Counted from the stretch's first letter, positions 49,602 through 59,530 are shown. The stretch: DNA of 64,000 bases from Gemmatimonas sp. (GCA_965279375.1 OZ257156.1:2208001-2272000), one strand, 5' to 3'. Program-made: numbers and translations. The notes: generated from the sequence alone by a model not told the origin.

Positions 49602-51662
49602 ATGGCAGGTGAGCCTACGTCCAGCGCCAGTGTGAGTTCGGGAAGCGACCGTCATTCCGATCGTGAGTTGCCGATTGGGGATGCCCTGCCGCAGATCATC
49701 GACATGTTGCCGTACGCGGCCGTGCTCTTCGCTGCGGACGGGCGTCTGCGCTTCTTCAACGCGCCCGCACGCTCGGTGTACGTCATCGATGAGATCGCCG
49801 CGCCCAGTTCGCAGACGGCGGAGCAGGTGCTCGGCGAGCTGCGGACGTACGCGCTTCCCGCGATGGCGCGCGTTCGCGAGTCGGGCACCTCGGAGAGCAC
49901 CACCCTGCATCTGAGCACCGATCGCTGGTTCGACATGCGCGTGATTCCGTTGATCGACGACATGGTGTACGTCGGCGCGGCCGATGTGACGCTTCGTGAG
50001 CGTCGCCGCGAAGCGCTCGAAGTTGGCGAGCGACGGCTGACGGCGATGTTCGCGCTGATGCCGGCGTCGGTTAGGGTGGCCCAGCTGTCCGGTCGCATCG
50101 AGCAGATCAGCGAGACGGCCAATCACGAACACCCGATGCCGCGTCCGGAAACGTTGCGCGAGCTGTGGACACGCGATGCGCCGGTCGATCTGTTGAGTGG
50201 CAAGGCAATTTCTTATTTGGATTGCCCGGGCGTACGCGCGATGGCGGGTGAGACCGTGCGCGGCGAGCTCCTGCACGTGCAGCGCGGCGGTCTGCAATCT
50301 CCCCGCGTGATCGATGCGTGGGCGTCGCCGCTGCGTGATCACGCGGGCAAGATCACCGGCGCCTTACTGCTCGACCGTGATGTCACCGATCAGGTGCGCG
50401 CCGAGCAGGCACTGCGCGACGAGCGTGCAGAGGTGGCGTCGCTGCGAGAGCAGGTGGCGCGCGAGGCCGATCGTATCGAAGCGTTGGTGGAGGAGCGAGC
50501 CCGTGAGCGTCTCGAGTTGGAGGAGACGCGTTCCCGCGATCGGCGATTGGCGGCGATGGGCCAACTCGCCGCGGGCGTCATGCACGACGTGAACAACTCG
50601 CTCAATCCGATCATGGCGGCGTCGTTTCTGCTCAAGCATTTCGCCGAGTCACCGGACGCGGTGCGCGACTATGCGGACCGTATTGCGAAGGCCGCAGAGA
50701 CGGCGGCGGCGACCGCGTCGCGTGTCGGACGATTCATTCGTCAGGAGCCGACCAGCATCTCCGCGAGCGAGCAGTTGGATCTGGCGAAGCTCGGGCACGA
50801 AGTACTCGATCTGACGGAGCCGATGCGCCAACGGTTGGCGCGCGGCGAGAACGAGGTGCGGGTGGTACGCCTACTGGACGGCCCGGTCTGGACTCGGGGC
50901 CTTCCCGGCGAGATTCGCGAAGCGCTCCTGAGCCTCGTCCAGAACGCCATCGATGCAATGCCCAAGGGCGGTACGCTGACCGTGCGGGCGTACGCGGAGG
51001 GCGATGAGGCGTGTGTGGCAGTTCAGGATAGCGGTGTCGGGATGACTGCAGACGTGCGTGAACGCGCGTTCGAGCCATTCTTCAGCACTAAGGGTGCTGG
51101 AGGAACCGGCCTCGGCCTGGCGGAGGTGTACGGCATCGCGCGACGGCATCGTGGCTCCGCGGCTATTGTAACAGTGCCTGGCGCAGGCACCACGGTCACG
51201 TTGCGTCTGCCGCTGGCGAGCGATGAGCTCTCCGACGCTGCTTTGGTCCCATCGACTGCGCCTAAGGCAGCGACCGTGCCGCAACGCGTGCTCGTGGTCG
51301 AGGATCACGAAGATGGACGGCGACTCGTGCGCCGAATGCTCGAGTCCCACGGGCACATCGTCGATGCGGTCGCGCTCTGTGCCGAAGCGCGAGAAAAGCT
51401 CGCCAGCAGCGAAAACGTGCCGTACAATCTACTTTTGACTGATGTGGGACTACCGGATGGGAGCGGGTGGGACCTGGTGTCGTACGCTCGGCACCATGTG
51501 CCGGGAATGCGTATTGGCGTGATTACGGGGTGGGAACCAATGGTCAGCGCCGACGATGCCGTCGGTGTGGAATTCATCCTGCGTAAACCATTACGCGCTG
51601 CTGAGTTGCTGGATCACGTTGCGGGCCGAATATCGTCCGCGCAAACCGAGTCAATTTCATGA
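49602..51662 (+). CDS. Soluble PAS-domain hybrid histidine kinase/receiver
   Basis: PAS-like regions, LAAGVMHDVNN H-box, NAIDAM, DSGVG, FEPFFSTK, GTGLGL, C-terminal receiver (VEDH, LTDVGLP, KP). Confidence 0.92.
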   Translation: MAGEPTSSASVSSGSDRHSDRELPIGDALPQIIDMLPYAAVLFAADGRLRFFNAPARSVYVIDEIAAPSSQTAEQVLGELRTYALPAMARVRESGTSESTTLHLSTDRWFDMRVIPLIDDMVYVGAADVTLRERRREALEVGERRLTAMFALMPASVRVAQLSGRIEQISETANHEHPMPRPETLRELWTRDAPVDLLSGKAISYLDCPGVRAMAGETVRGELLHVQRGGLQSPRVIDAWASPLRDHAGKITGALLLDRDVTDQVRAEQALRDERAEVASLREQVAREADRIEALVEERARERLELEETRSRDRRLAAMGQLAAGVMHDVNNSLNPIMAASFLLKHFAESPDAVRDYADRIAKAAETAAATASRVGRFIRQEPTSISASEQLDLAKLGHEVLDLTEPMRQRLARGENEVRVVRLLDGPVWTRGLPGEIREALLSLVQNAIDAMPKGGTLTVRAYAEGDEACVAVQDSGVGMTADVRERAFEPFFSTKGAGGTGLGLAEVYGIARRHRGSAAIVTVPGAGTTVTLRLPLASDELSDAALVPSTAPKAATVPQRVLVVEDHEDGRRLVRRMLESHGHIVDAVALCAEAREKLASSENVPYNLLLTDVGLPDGSGWDLVSYARHHVPGMRIGVITGWEPMVSADDAVGVEFILRKPLRAAELLDHVAGRISSAQTESIS

Positions 51663-52261
51663 CGGATCTCCCGTCGACTATTCGAGTTCTTGTGGCTGAA
51701 GACAATGCGCTGGAGCGCTCCACTCTCGTGGATCTGCTCGGCGTGCTTGGCCATATGGTCGTTGCCGAAGTGGAAACCGGCGCCGACGCCATCGCGAAGG
51801 CACAGCAGTTCACGCCCGATGCGGTGCTGCTGGACGTGCACATGCCGGGTGCCAGCGGTGTGCAAGCTGCAGAGGAAATTGCGCACGCGCTCCCCGGTAC
51901 CGCTGTGGTCCTCGTCACTGGCGATCTGTCGCTGACGCTCTCAGCCGCAGACGTATTGCGCAGCACCGCCGTCGCGTTGCTGGCCAAGCCGACACCACCG
52001 GCCACGCTCGACGCGACGCTGCGGATGGCCGTCATTCGGGCGCGTGAACTGTTGACGGCGCGTCGCGAAGCCGCCGATGCCAAGCAGCAGCTCGAGTCGC
52101 GCAAGTTGATCGAACGCGCGAAGGGCATTCTCCTGCGTCGCACCGGCAGCAGCGAGCAGGAAGCGTATCGTATCATGCAGCGCAGCAGTCAGGACCGCTC
52201 CGTGCCGATGGTGGACATCGCGCGGGCCGTCATCGACAGCGAGCCTGGTATGAAGAGCTAG
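51659..52261 (+). CDS. ANTAR-domain response regulator (PdtaR/EutV-like)
   Basis: Receiver (AEDN, LLDVHMP, KP) plus RKLIERAKGIL...EQEAY..MQRSS ANTAR domain; ATGA-coupled to the kinase. Confidence 0.93.
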   Translation: MTDLPSTIRVLVAEDNALERSTLVDLLGVLGHMVVAEVETGADAIAKAQQFTPDAVLLDVHMPGASGVQAAEEIAHALPGTAVVLVTGDLSLTLSAADVLRSTAVALLAKPTPPATLDATLRMAVIRARELLTARREAADAKQQLESRKLIERAKGILLRRTGSSEQEAYRIMQRSSQDRSVPMVDIARAVIDSEPGMKS

Positions 52262-52289
52262 CGTCTGGAGTACATGGCCTGACTCAAAG

Positions 52290-52326
52290 CACGAACGCGG
52301 CGCCCGGTGTGGGTGCCGCGTTCGTG
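52290..52326. terminator. Strong hairpin between convergent operons
   Basis: CACGAACGCGGCGCCC-GGTGT-GGGTGCCGCGTTCGTG, 16-bp stem with one G-U pair. Confidence 0.7.
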
Positions 52327-52386
52327 TGTAAGAGTACCCCGCGCTGTCAGTTGACCAAGATCGCCGGTTCACGCGATCAGCGTGCC

Positions 52387-52686
52387 TCAGAACGGCGGTG
52401 GCGGCTCTGCAGGCTTGACCGGATCGCTTGGGCCGCCGGTCGGCCACAGCTTGTGATGCACTTCGTCGATCCAGTCCACGAGGCCTACGCTGTTGGGCTT
52501 TTGAGTGTTCACCCATTTCAACAACGCCTGCAGCTTCTCTCGCGTCTTCGTGTGTTCGACCTTGAGCGAGTCCAGCGACGTCTCGAGCGTGGACACACGC
52601 GTGATCAGTCCGTCCACGCGCGAATCCTTGCCGCAACCTGTCACAAGCACCGCTACGGCTAGTACGAACAGCGTGCTTCGTTTCAT
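52387..52686 (-). CDS. Small coiled-coil lipoprotein with Pro-rich tail
   Basis: MKRSTLFVLAVAVLVTGC lipobox, heptad pattern, C-terminus DPVKPAEPPPPF; GGGAG RBS. Confidence 0.8.
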   Translation of the reverse strand: MKRSTLFVLAVAVLVTGCGKDSRVDGLITRVSTLETSLDSLKVEHTKTREKLQALLKWVNTQKPNSVGLVDWIDEVHHKLWPTGGPSDPVKPAEPPPPF

Positions 52687-52712
52687 CTGCAAGGCTCCCG
52701 CGTTGAGAGGAG

Positions 52713-55601
52713 TCAACGGTTCGTCGGGCGCAATCGTTCGATAGCTCCCACGCGCGTCCTAAATTGCACGGCCTCGTTAGGCTTGTCTAGCGAATCTGCG
52801 ACGCGTGCGCGGAGCTCGAGACTGCGTCTGAGAAACGCGAGGTAGATCTGCGGCTGAACGTGCTCGAGATGTGCGGCGGTCTGCGACGCATCGGCGAAGG
52901 CGCCTCGCGCGAACTGCAACTCGGCCAGCGTCATGCGCTCGACGCCCAACGGCTCGAACAGTTCGTAGGTGAGCGAGTCACGCCGTGCCGACGGTGCGAG
53001 CTGCCCATATGCCGCGATCGCGCCGGTCGTATCACGCACGGCCAGCAGCAGTCGCGCACGCATCGCCTGCGCAAAGAGCCGCTCACGTCGACCGCCCGTG
53101 CGCGCGACACTGTCGCTGATCGCACTCATCGCGCGAAGGCGCGCCGTGTCGCCGGTGAATGCGTGCCACAGTCCCAGCACCCAACGTGTTTGCGGACTCG
53201 CGCGTTCGTACGACGCGCCGTATGCCTTCTGCGCGAAGCCGGCAGCTTCGTCGGCCTTGGGCGCCATCAGCGTTCGGTCCACGCCGGCCATCGCGTCGAT
53301 GATGTAGAGCGCGCGCGCCTGCGACGTACCGGCGGCAACGGTGGAATCGAGCAGCGCGCGGAGCTCTGTGTCGCGATGGGTTGCGACGAGCAGACCCTGC
53401 AAGTGCAGTAGCGCAGACCATCGGACCCCGGCGGCTGTCGTCGTCGACTGCAGCAGCGCGCGCAGTCCATCTTCCGCGCAGGTGGGATACGCAAAGTGCG
53501 CCAACAGCTCGCGTGACGCGGCGAGTACGGCAGGGGCATCCAGCTGCACGGCATCCTTCCAAACCGGCGCATCCCCGCGCACGCACGCGGACATCAACGG
53601 CAATTCGCGCACGAGCGACGGCTCCGCACCAAGCGAATTCAGCATCGCCACGATCGCATCGCCGCGCGCCACATCGCCGCGTCGCAGCGCAATCTCCGCG
53701 AGATGAAAGAGCGGCGGCGTGAATGCCGAATCGCGCGCGATCGCTTTGTTCAGCCAGTGCTCCGCCGCCGAGTCAGGTGGCGCCGCCGGTCCGCCAAGCA
53801 GATGATGATGCACCTCAGCGAGCGCCATCGCGGCTTCTGGATTTTCGTGGTCGCTCTCGAGCAGCTTTCCGAGTACGAGACGCGCGGAGTCCGCCTTGCC
53901 TTGCAGGTAAAACAGCAGCCCGTTCGCAAACGCCCGATGGCGCGCGGGCAGTCCGGCGCCACGCTCACTTGCCAGTGATGCCAGCGACTCGGCTTCATCG
54001 AGACGCGATTCCCAGCTGGCCGCCTGCGCGCCGCGAATGGCCGCAATCGCGAGCGCGCTGTCCTCGTGTACGGCACGACGAAAGAGCTCGAGCGCCAGCG
54101 CAAAGTGCGACTGCCGGTACTCCCGCTCTCCCTGAATCCACAGTGCCACGGCACTGGGCGACCGCTGCGTGAGATCGCCGAGATCGATGCGGCGCGTGGG
54201 GTCGAGCAGGCGCGGGAGCAATCGCGCGGCAGCGCGCAGTCCAAGCGTTGGCACCGAGACCGTTGAGTCACCGCTCGCACTCTCCTGCGCAACGAGCGAA
54301 TCCCCTTGCGCGTCGTGCAGTCGCAACACGACTTCCGTGCGTCCACCACGTCGCGAGATGGCGCCGTCCACGTAGTGCAGCGCACCGCGCTCGCGCGCGA
54401 TCTGCCCCGCCACGTCAGCCGTAAGCAGCCGGAGGTCCTGACGCATAGCCGGAGCGAGACGGCTGTAGCCGTCGATGACCCGCAGCGGCTCGGCGTGCTC
54501 GAGCGACGCGCTGATCGCGATGGCAACGTCCCAGCCGAGTGCGCTCGCGTCGGCCGAATCGCTGCTGCTCTGCAGCGGAAGCACCACGACGCGATTGCGG
54601 TCGAGTACGGGCGCTCGCTGGGACCACCAAACGCCAACGGCAGCGGCGAGCGCTAGGCATAGCGCTGCGATGAACATCGGGCGTGCGCGTGACGGACGCG
54701 CGGGTTCCGCCACGGTCGCGTGGGACGAGGACGGCGTGATCGTGCCCACGCCGTACGACGGCGTGGTGGGATTCGCCAATGCGGCTGCGAGTTCGTTCGC
54801 CGACGTGAAGCGATCCGCGGGGACCTTCTCCATCGCACGGTCGAGAGCGGCCAGCACGTGCGGCGGCACCGTGGGGCGCACGATGGTAAGTGGCGTTGGG
54901 CGATCGCTGATGTGACGCGCGATGACGGCGTGCGGCGTAGCCGCCGTGAACGGAGGGTCGCCCGCCAGCATTTCGTAGAGCACACAGCCCAAGCTGTAGA
55001 TGTCGCTGCGCGCGCCGACTTCCGAATCGGCCGATGCCTGCTCGGGGCTCATGTAGGCAACCGTCCCCACCGCGAATCCGCTGTCGGTCAAGCGCTCGGC
55101 GGCATCGCCAACCACACGAGCGACGCCGAAGTCCGTCAGCATTGCGTGTCCCGACGAGAGCAGGATGTTCTCCGGCTTCACGTCGCGGTGCACGACCCCT
55201 TGCTCGTGCGCATAGGCGAGCGCGCTCGCGATCTCGGATGCGATGCGTACGGCATCGGCGACCGGAAGCTGACGCTCTCGGCGCAGCCGTTCACGCAATG
55301 GTTCGCCACCGATGAACGGCATCGCGCAGAAGACGTGCGGTCCGCGCTGCCCCCATTCGAGCACCGGCACGATGTTCGGATGCTGCAACCGCGCTTCGAT
55401 ACGAATCTCCTGCTGGAAACGCGCGGCGCCGACACTGGTCGCGATCTCCTCGCGCAGGACTTTAATGGCAACCGTGCGATCGTGCCGAAGGTCGCGCGCA
55501 CGATAGACCACTCCCATCCCACCGCGACCGATTTCGCCTTCGATCGCGTAGTCGTCGCCGAGAGCTCGCTGCAGAGAATCGAATTGCTCGTCCACGCTCA
55601 T
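52713..55601 (-). CDS. Membrane Hanks-type Ser/Thr protein kinase with TPR-like ectodomain
   Basis: GRGGMGVV, VAIK, HRDVKPEN, DFG, GT..YMSPE, DIYSLG; one TM; long helical-repeat C-terminus. Confidence 0.95.
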   Translation of the reverse strand: MSVDEQFDSLQRALGDDYAIEGEIGRGGMGVVYRARDLRHDRTVAIKVLREEIATSVGAARFQQEIRIEARLQHPNIVPVLEWGQRGPHVFCAMPFIGGEPLRERLRRERQLPVADAVRIASEIASALAYAHEQGVVHRDVKPENILLSSGHAMLTDFGVARVVGDAAERLTDSGFAVGTVAYMSPEQASADSEVGARSDIYSLGCVLYEMLAGDPPFTAATPHAVIARHISDRPTPLTIVRPTVPPHVLAALDRAMEKVPADRFTSANELAAALANPTTPSYGVGTITPSSSHATVAEPARPSRARPMFIAALCLALAAAVGVWWSQRAPVLDRNRVVVLPLQSSSDSADASALGWDVAIAISASLEHAEPLRVIDGYSRLAPAMRQDLRLLTADVAGQIARERGALHYVDGAISRRGGRTEVVLRLHDAQGDSLVAQESASGDSTVSVPTLGLRAAARLLPRLLDPTRRIDLGDLTQRSPSAVALWIQGEREYRQSHFALALELFRRAVHEDSALAIAAIRGAQAASWESRLDEAESLASLASERGAGLPARHRAFANGLLFYLQGKADSARLVLGKLLESDHENPEAAMALAEVHHHLLGGPAAPPDSAAEHWLNKAIARDSAFTPPLFHLAEIALRRGDVARGDAIVAMLNSLGAEPSLVRELPLMSACVRGDAPVWKDAVQLDAPAVLAASRELLAHFAYPTCAEDGLRALLQSTTTAAGVRWSALLHLQGLLVATHRDTELRALLDSTVAAGTSQARALYIIDAMAGVDRTLMAPKADEAAGFAQKAYGASYERASPQTRWVLGLWHAFTGDTARLRAMSAISDSVARTGGRRERLFAQAMRARLLLAVRDTTGAIAAYGQLAPSARRDSLTYELFEPLGVERMTLAELQFARGAFADASQTAAHLEHVQPQIYLAFLRRSLELRARVADSLDKPNEAVQFRTRVGAIERLRPTNR

Positions 55602-56152
55602 GGAGGCGTCTTGGAGAGTGAGTCGAGCACGAGTCTGAATGTCGGGTCGATCGGAGGTATGGTGCCGGCGCTATCGGCCGACAGCAGCCGGCGGAACAGC
55701 GTCTTGGCGTTCACGGGCGTGATCGCGTGCAGCGCGACGGCAGCACGGGTACGATAGGCACGTTGGAAATTCGCCACCGCGCTTCCGACGATGAACGCAG
55801 AGTCGCCAAGCGGACGGAGCGCCTGGTCGGCCGGGCTCTGTCGATCGAACTGCTCGCGCATTCTTCGGAAAGTCCTGCCGGTCGAGCGGGCGAAGTTCTG
55901 GCTGATCGAGTCCGGTGGTCCGTCGAGCGCACGGGTGAGCGAGGGCACCACGGCTATGCCGCGTGCAACGACACTGTCGCGCTCCCCGTCTACACACTCC
56001 TCGCAGGTGAGCCATCGCTCGACGCGCTGCCAGTCGGGGCTTTCGACGCGACTGCGGCTCGTGTCTGTTCTGCAGGCAACGGCGACGGTGCTCAACAGGA
56101 GGAGTATGAACAGATGGCTGCGACGTATTGCGACAACGAACTCTGCGTTCAT
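55598..56152 (-). CDS. Hypothetical CxxC lipoprotein (HEAT-like helices)
   Basis: Start MNAEF ATGA-coupled to the upstream gene; lipobox AVAC; WLTCEECVDGE. Confidence 0.7.
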   Translation of the reverse strand: MNAEFVVAIRRSHLFILLLLSTVAVACRTDTSRSRVESPDWQRVERWLTCEECVDGERDSVVARGIAVVPSLTRALDGPPDSISQNFARSTGRTFRRMREQFDRQSPADQALRPLGDSAFIVGSAVANFQRAYRTRAAVALHAITPVNAKTLFRRLLSADSAGTIPPIDPTFRLVLDSLSKTPP

Positions 56153-57501
56153 TGGCACAGCACCGGAGGAGGGGTGGGCTTCGGACTCAGCACTGGCCGC
56201 ACGTCGGTGGACAGTGCTGGACATGTCGCGGTGGCGTACGGATCGCACGGACAAATGTTCGGGCCCTGACTCAGGTCGGCGTTGCGTTTGATCCACGACC
56301 GTCCATCCACGTGCATGCGATAGACCTGACCGAGCGTCAGTCGTTCTCGACCATCGAGCCCCGCGGCCGACCCGGGATTGACGAACATGACGTTGTCGCT
56401 GGCAAACCCATGCACTCGGTTGATGTGACCGGTGTCTGGTGCGATCAGTCCCAGTGCGTGTCCGAACTCGTGGGGGATCGTGGTGGATACTGCCCAGTTG
56501 CGCGAGATGAGAATGACGTTGGGTTCGCAGAAGTAACCGCGATTGATTCCGTCGATTCTTTCGATGTAGTAGATGTTCAGTTTCTGCGGATCCGGGGCGA
56601 CGTTCGTGGGTAGGTTGGGGATCTGCGAGCATTGATCGAACGTCGATGGCAGCAGTTGGCGAATCGTCGTTTGCATCGTTGGCGGGAATACGATACCGGC
56701 ACGCGCGTTTCGCAGGTCGCTTTCCGTGGCGAGCAACCCTGCGTCAACGAACTTTTTTGCCGAGTCCTGATGTATCAGGTCCACTCCGAGGACCACCTGC
56801 AGCGGAATCCGAATCGGAGGTCCGGCATCCACCGCAGTCACCATATCCTGATTGGTGCTCCAGGACATCGGGTGCCTGAGCAACGGGCGCGTGGACTCGG
56901 TGAACACGTTCGCCTCGGCGCGTAAGCACCCGCTGCTGCCGTTGATCTCACGCAGTGGAGCACTCGACACGAAGCTGGTGATGCGGTCGTAGTCGCAGTC
57001 GCTTGCATACTCGCCACTCAACATCGCGACGGCCGGCAAGTCGCCCGCCACATACGTCGCACTCACTTGGTCCGTCGGCGCCACGGCTGACGCGACCACC
57101 GCAACAAACGCGGTTCCCGTCAGCGTGCCGTTGGTGACGGTGAGCTTGATGACTTGGCCTGGTGAAAGTCCTCCGGGCATCGTGACGATCGCATCGCTTT
57201 TAGTGCCGACGATGGTGGGCGCGGTGGTCGACGCCGACCACGTCAGCACACCGGGATCGAGCGGTGCCCCTGTCGCGTCTTCCGAAACGACCGTGAGACG
57301 AAAGCTCAGGGGTGTGCCGGGTGCCGTGGCCCGTACCTGCACTACCTCGGGCAGGATGAGCAGGTATGGCGGTTGACGGAGGTTGAGGAAGGCCAAGCCC
57401 TGATTGCAGCCGCTGCCGATGAGCAGTGGCGCGAGCAGCGCGCACACCACGAGTCGACAGCACCGCACCACGTCTCCGAGACGAGCATTGGTCTGCACCA
57501 T
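56149..57501 (-). CDS. Lipoprotein zinc metalloprotease, pappalysin (M43)-like
   Basis: Lipobox GSGC; LNIYYI, HEFGHALGL, Met-turn NVM, LTLGQVYRM; GAGGAG RBS. Confidence 0.75.
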   Translation of the reverse strand: MVQTNARLGDVVRCCRLVVCALLAPLLIGSGCNQGLAFLNLRQPPYLLILPEVVQVRATAPGTPLSFRLTVVSEDATGAPLDPGVLTWSASTTAPTIVGTKSDAIVTMPGGLSPGQVIKLTVTNGTLTGTAFVAVVASAVAPTDQVSATYVAGDLPAVAMLSGEYASDCDYDRITSFVSSAPLREINGSSGCLRAEANVFTESTRPLLRHPMSWSTNQDMVTAVDAGPPIRIPLQVVLGVDLIHQDSAKKFVDAGLLATESDLRNARAGIVFPPTMQTTIRQLLPSTFDQCSQIPNLPTNVAPDPQKLNIYYIERIDGINRGYFCEPNVILISRNWAVSTTIPHEFGHALGLIAPDTGHINRVHGFASDNVMFVNPGSAAGLDGRERLTLGQVYRMHVDGRSWIKRNADLSQGPNICPCDPYATATCPALSTDVRPVLSPKPTPPPVLCQ

Positions 57502-57573
57502 CGTTCTCCTCGGCGTTGAACTACGCCACTGACACCGCTGCTGCTGCGAGTTGCTGCTGCTTCGCCGCGCGCC

Positions 57574-59055
57574 CTACGAGATCGGCTTTCCCGGGGGCGG
57601 CCCGGACACCTGCTTCACGAGCTGATAGAGGAACTCGAGGCCGTCGTAGTACGACTTCACGCGCAGCTTCTCGTCGCGTCCGTGCGCGTTCGTTTCACCC
57701 GGCGCGGAAAAGATGCCGCTCACGCCGTAGGTGGGGATGCCGGCCGAGCGCAGGTACGCGCCGTCCGTGGCGCCGGTGGACATCGTGGGGATCACCGGCA
57801 CGTCGTTGAACATCTTCTTCGTGAGCGACGTGGTGACGGCGAGCAACGTCGGATCGATCGCCGCAGTCTTCTTGCCGAACCGGTCGCCACGCACCTCGCG
57901 CATCTTCACCTTCACGCCCGTGTCGGCCACGACGCGCTCGATGGTCGCCTTCACGTCTTCCGCTGTGGACGTAGGCACGATGCGGCAGTTCACCGTGGCG
58001 ACGGCGGTCTGAGGCAAGGCGTTATCCGCGTGGCCAGCGGCCAATCGCGTCGCGACACAACTTGTGCGCAGCATCGAGGCGTAGCGAGGATCGGTGGAGA
58101 TGATGCGTGCCGCCGCGGTGTCCGCCGGATTGGCGACGATCGCGCGCATCGCCGCCGCGATGGATGGGATCTCGACCTTGGAAGTTTGCGCGAAGAACGG
58201 ACGCGACACGTCATTCAGGTCTACGGGGAATACGAACTTCTCGAGCCGTGCGAGCGCGTTGGCGAGCTGATAGATCGCGTTGTCCTTGCGCGGCACGCTG
58301 GAGTGGCCGCCCGTGTTCAGCGCGGTCAGCGTGAAGTTCACCGGCACCTTCTCGGCGGCCTGCACCGAGTGAAAGAGCGGCTTGTCGTCCTGCAGTGTGC
58401 CGCCGCCACCTTCGTTGATCGCGTACTCGGCGTCGATGAGCGCCTTGTGATTGTTGATCAGCCACGAGACGCCGTTCGATCCACCGCCCTCTTCATCGGC
58501 CGTGAGCGCGAGAATGAGATCGCGCTGCGGCACGTAGCCTTCCTGTTTGTAGCGCAGCAGGTTGGCGACGAACATCGACGCCATCGACTTGTCGTCGGCC
58601 GTACCGCGTCCGAGGAAGTAACCGTTCTCTTCCACGAGCGTGAACGGGTCGCGCGGCCAGTCGCTGCGCAGTGCGGCCACGACATCGAGATGCGCGAGCA
58701 GCAGCAATGGCTTTCCCTGTCCCTTGCCATGATAGCGCACCACGAGATTGCCCTTCGTCGGGCGATCGGGTGGCACGAGCACCTGCACGTCGGCCGCGGG
58801 GAATCCGGCATCGAGGAATCGCTTGGCCATCGCGCGTGCGGCCTTCGTCACATCGCCAACGGAGTCAACCGTATTGATCTCGACCAGCTCCTTGTACACG
58901 GCACGCGCCGCCTGTTGCTGCGGTGTGAGCGTGGTCGGCGCACCGGGCGCGGACATGCCGGGAAGCTGCGCGTGCAGCGCGGGCGCGACGAGCGTGGACG
59001 CAACAAACGCGGCAGTAACGGCGACGGCCGCAGCGGTGTGACGACGGACGGGCAT
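57574..59055 (-). CDS. Exported M20/M25/M40 metallopeptidase
   Basis: AHLDVV, GRGTADDK, ADEE, NEGG, GGHSS, GATDG, AHGRDE; signal peptide. Confidence 0.92.
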   Translation of the reverse strand: MPVRRHTAAAVAVTAAFVASTLVAPALHAQLPGMSAPGAPTTLTPQQQAARAVYKELVEINTVDSVGDVTKAARAMAKRFLDAGFPAADVQVLVPPDRPTKGNLVVRYHGKGQGKPLLLLAHLDVVAALRSDWPRDPFTLVEENGYFLGRGTADDKSMASMFVANLLRYKQEGYVPQRDLILALTADEEGGGSNGVSWLINNHKALIDAEYAINEGGGGTLQDDKPLFHSVQAAEKVPVNFTLTALNTGGHSSVPRKDNAIYQLANALARLEKFVFPVDLNDVSRPFFAQTSKVEIPSIAAAMRAIVANPADTAAARIISTDPRYASMLRTSCVATRLAAGHADNALPQTAVATVNCRIVPTSTAEDVKATIERVVADTGVKVKMREVRGDRFGKKTAAIDPTLLAVTTSLTKKMFNDVPVIPTMSTGATDGAYLRSAGIPTYGVSGIFSAPGETNAHGRDEKLRVKSYYDGLEFLYQLVKQVSGPPPGKPIS

Positions 59056-59241
59056 GGGTCGGCTGGTGAGGGTTAAACGCGAAGGTACCAGACGGAAGGA
59101 TCTCCGGCGAGGGGACGAATCGATCATTCGGGATTCCTTCACCGCGGCGCCAGGAGTGGCATCAAGGGCGGCACCAATGTTGCCCGCCCATGTGGCTGCC
59201 GGCCGGTGGCCGGCTCTCTCTTTCGCCGCGAGGCACGCACC

Positions 59242-59499
59242 ATGGGCGACCGATCACGCCACACAGGCACCGACCACAGCGGTCAGTTTTCCGATCACTT
59301 CCAGGCGGCGTCGCAGTATCAGGCGGCCGCGCACCACCACCTGCAGGCCGCGCATCACCAGGAGCACGGCCAGCATGAGGCCGCCATGAAGCACGCCGAA
59401 GCGGCCCGACGCCACGGCGATATGGGGCATGAACTCTCGGAGAAGGCGGCGAAAGCCAACCTCACCGCCCACGCCCACGCCGACGCCAAGACAGACTAG
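59242..59499 (+). CDS. Small His-rich helical protein, putative metal binder
   Basis: 85 aa with 15 His in an Ala-rich helical pattern (AAAHHHLQAAHHQEHGQHEAAMKHA); GAGG RBS. Confidence 0.8.
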   Translation: MGDRSRHTGTDHSGQFSDHFQAASQYQAAAHHHLQAAHHQEHGQHEAAMKHAEAARRHGDMGHELSEKAAKANLTAHAHADAKTD

Positions 59500-59530
59500 C
59501 GGCGCGCCGAAAGCCGGCGCGCGAGCAGCG

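Noticed and set aside
55598..56632. 344-aa version of the CxxC lipoprotein
   Set aside because: The first 160 codons overlap the protease gene; the ATGA-coupled start at 56152 puts the signal peptide at the N-terminus.
57536..57562. Short (GCT)n-like tract
   Set aside because: Too short and interrupted, and intergenic; no evidence of phase variation.
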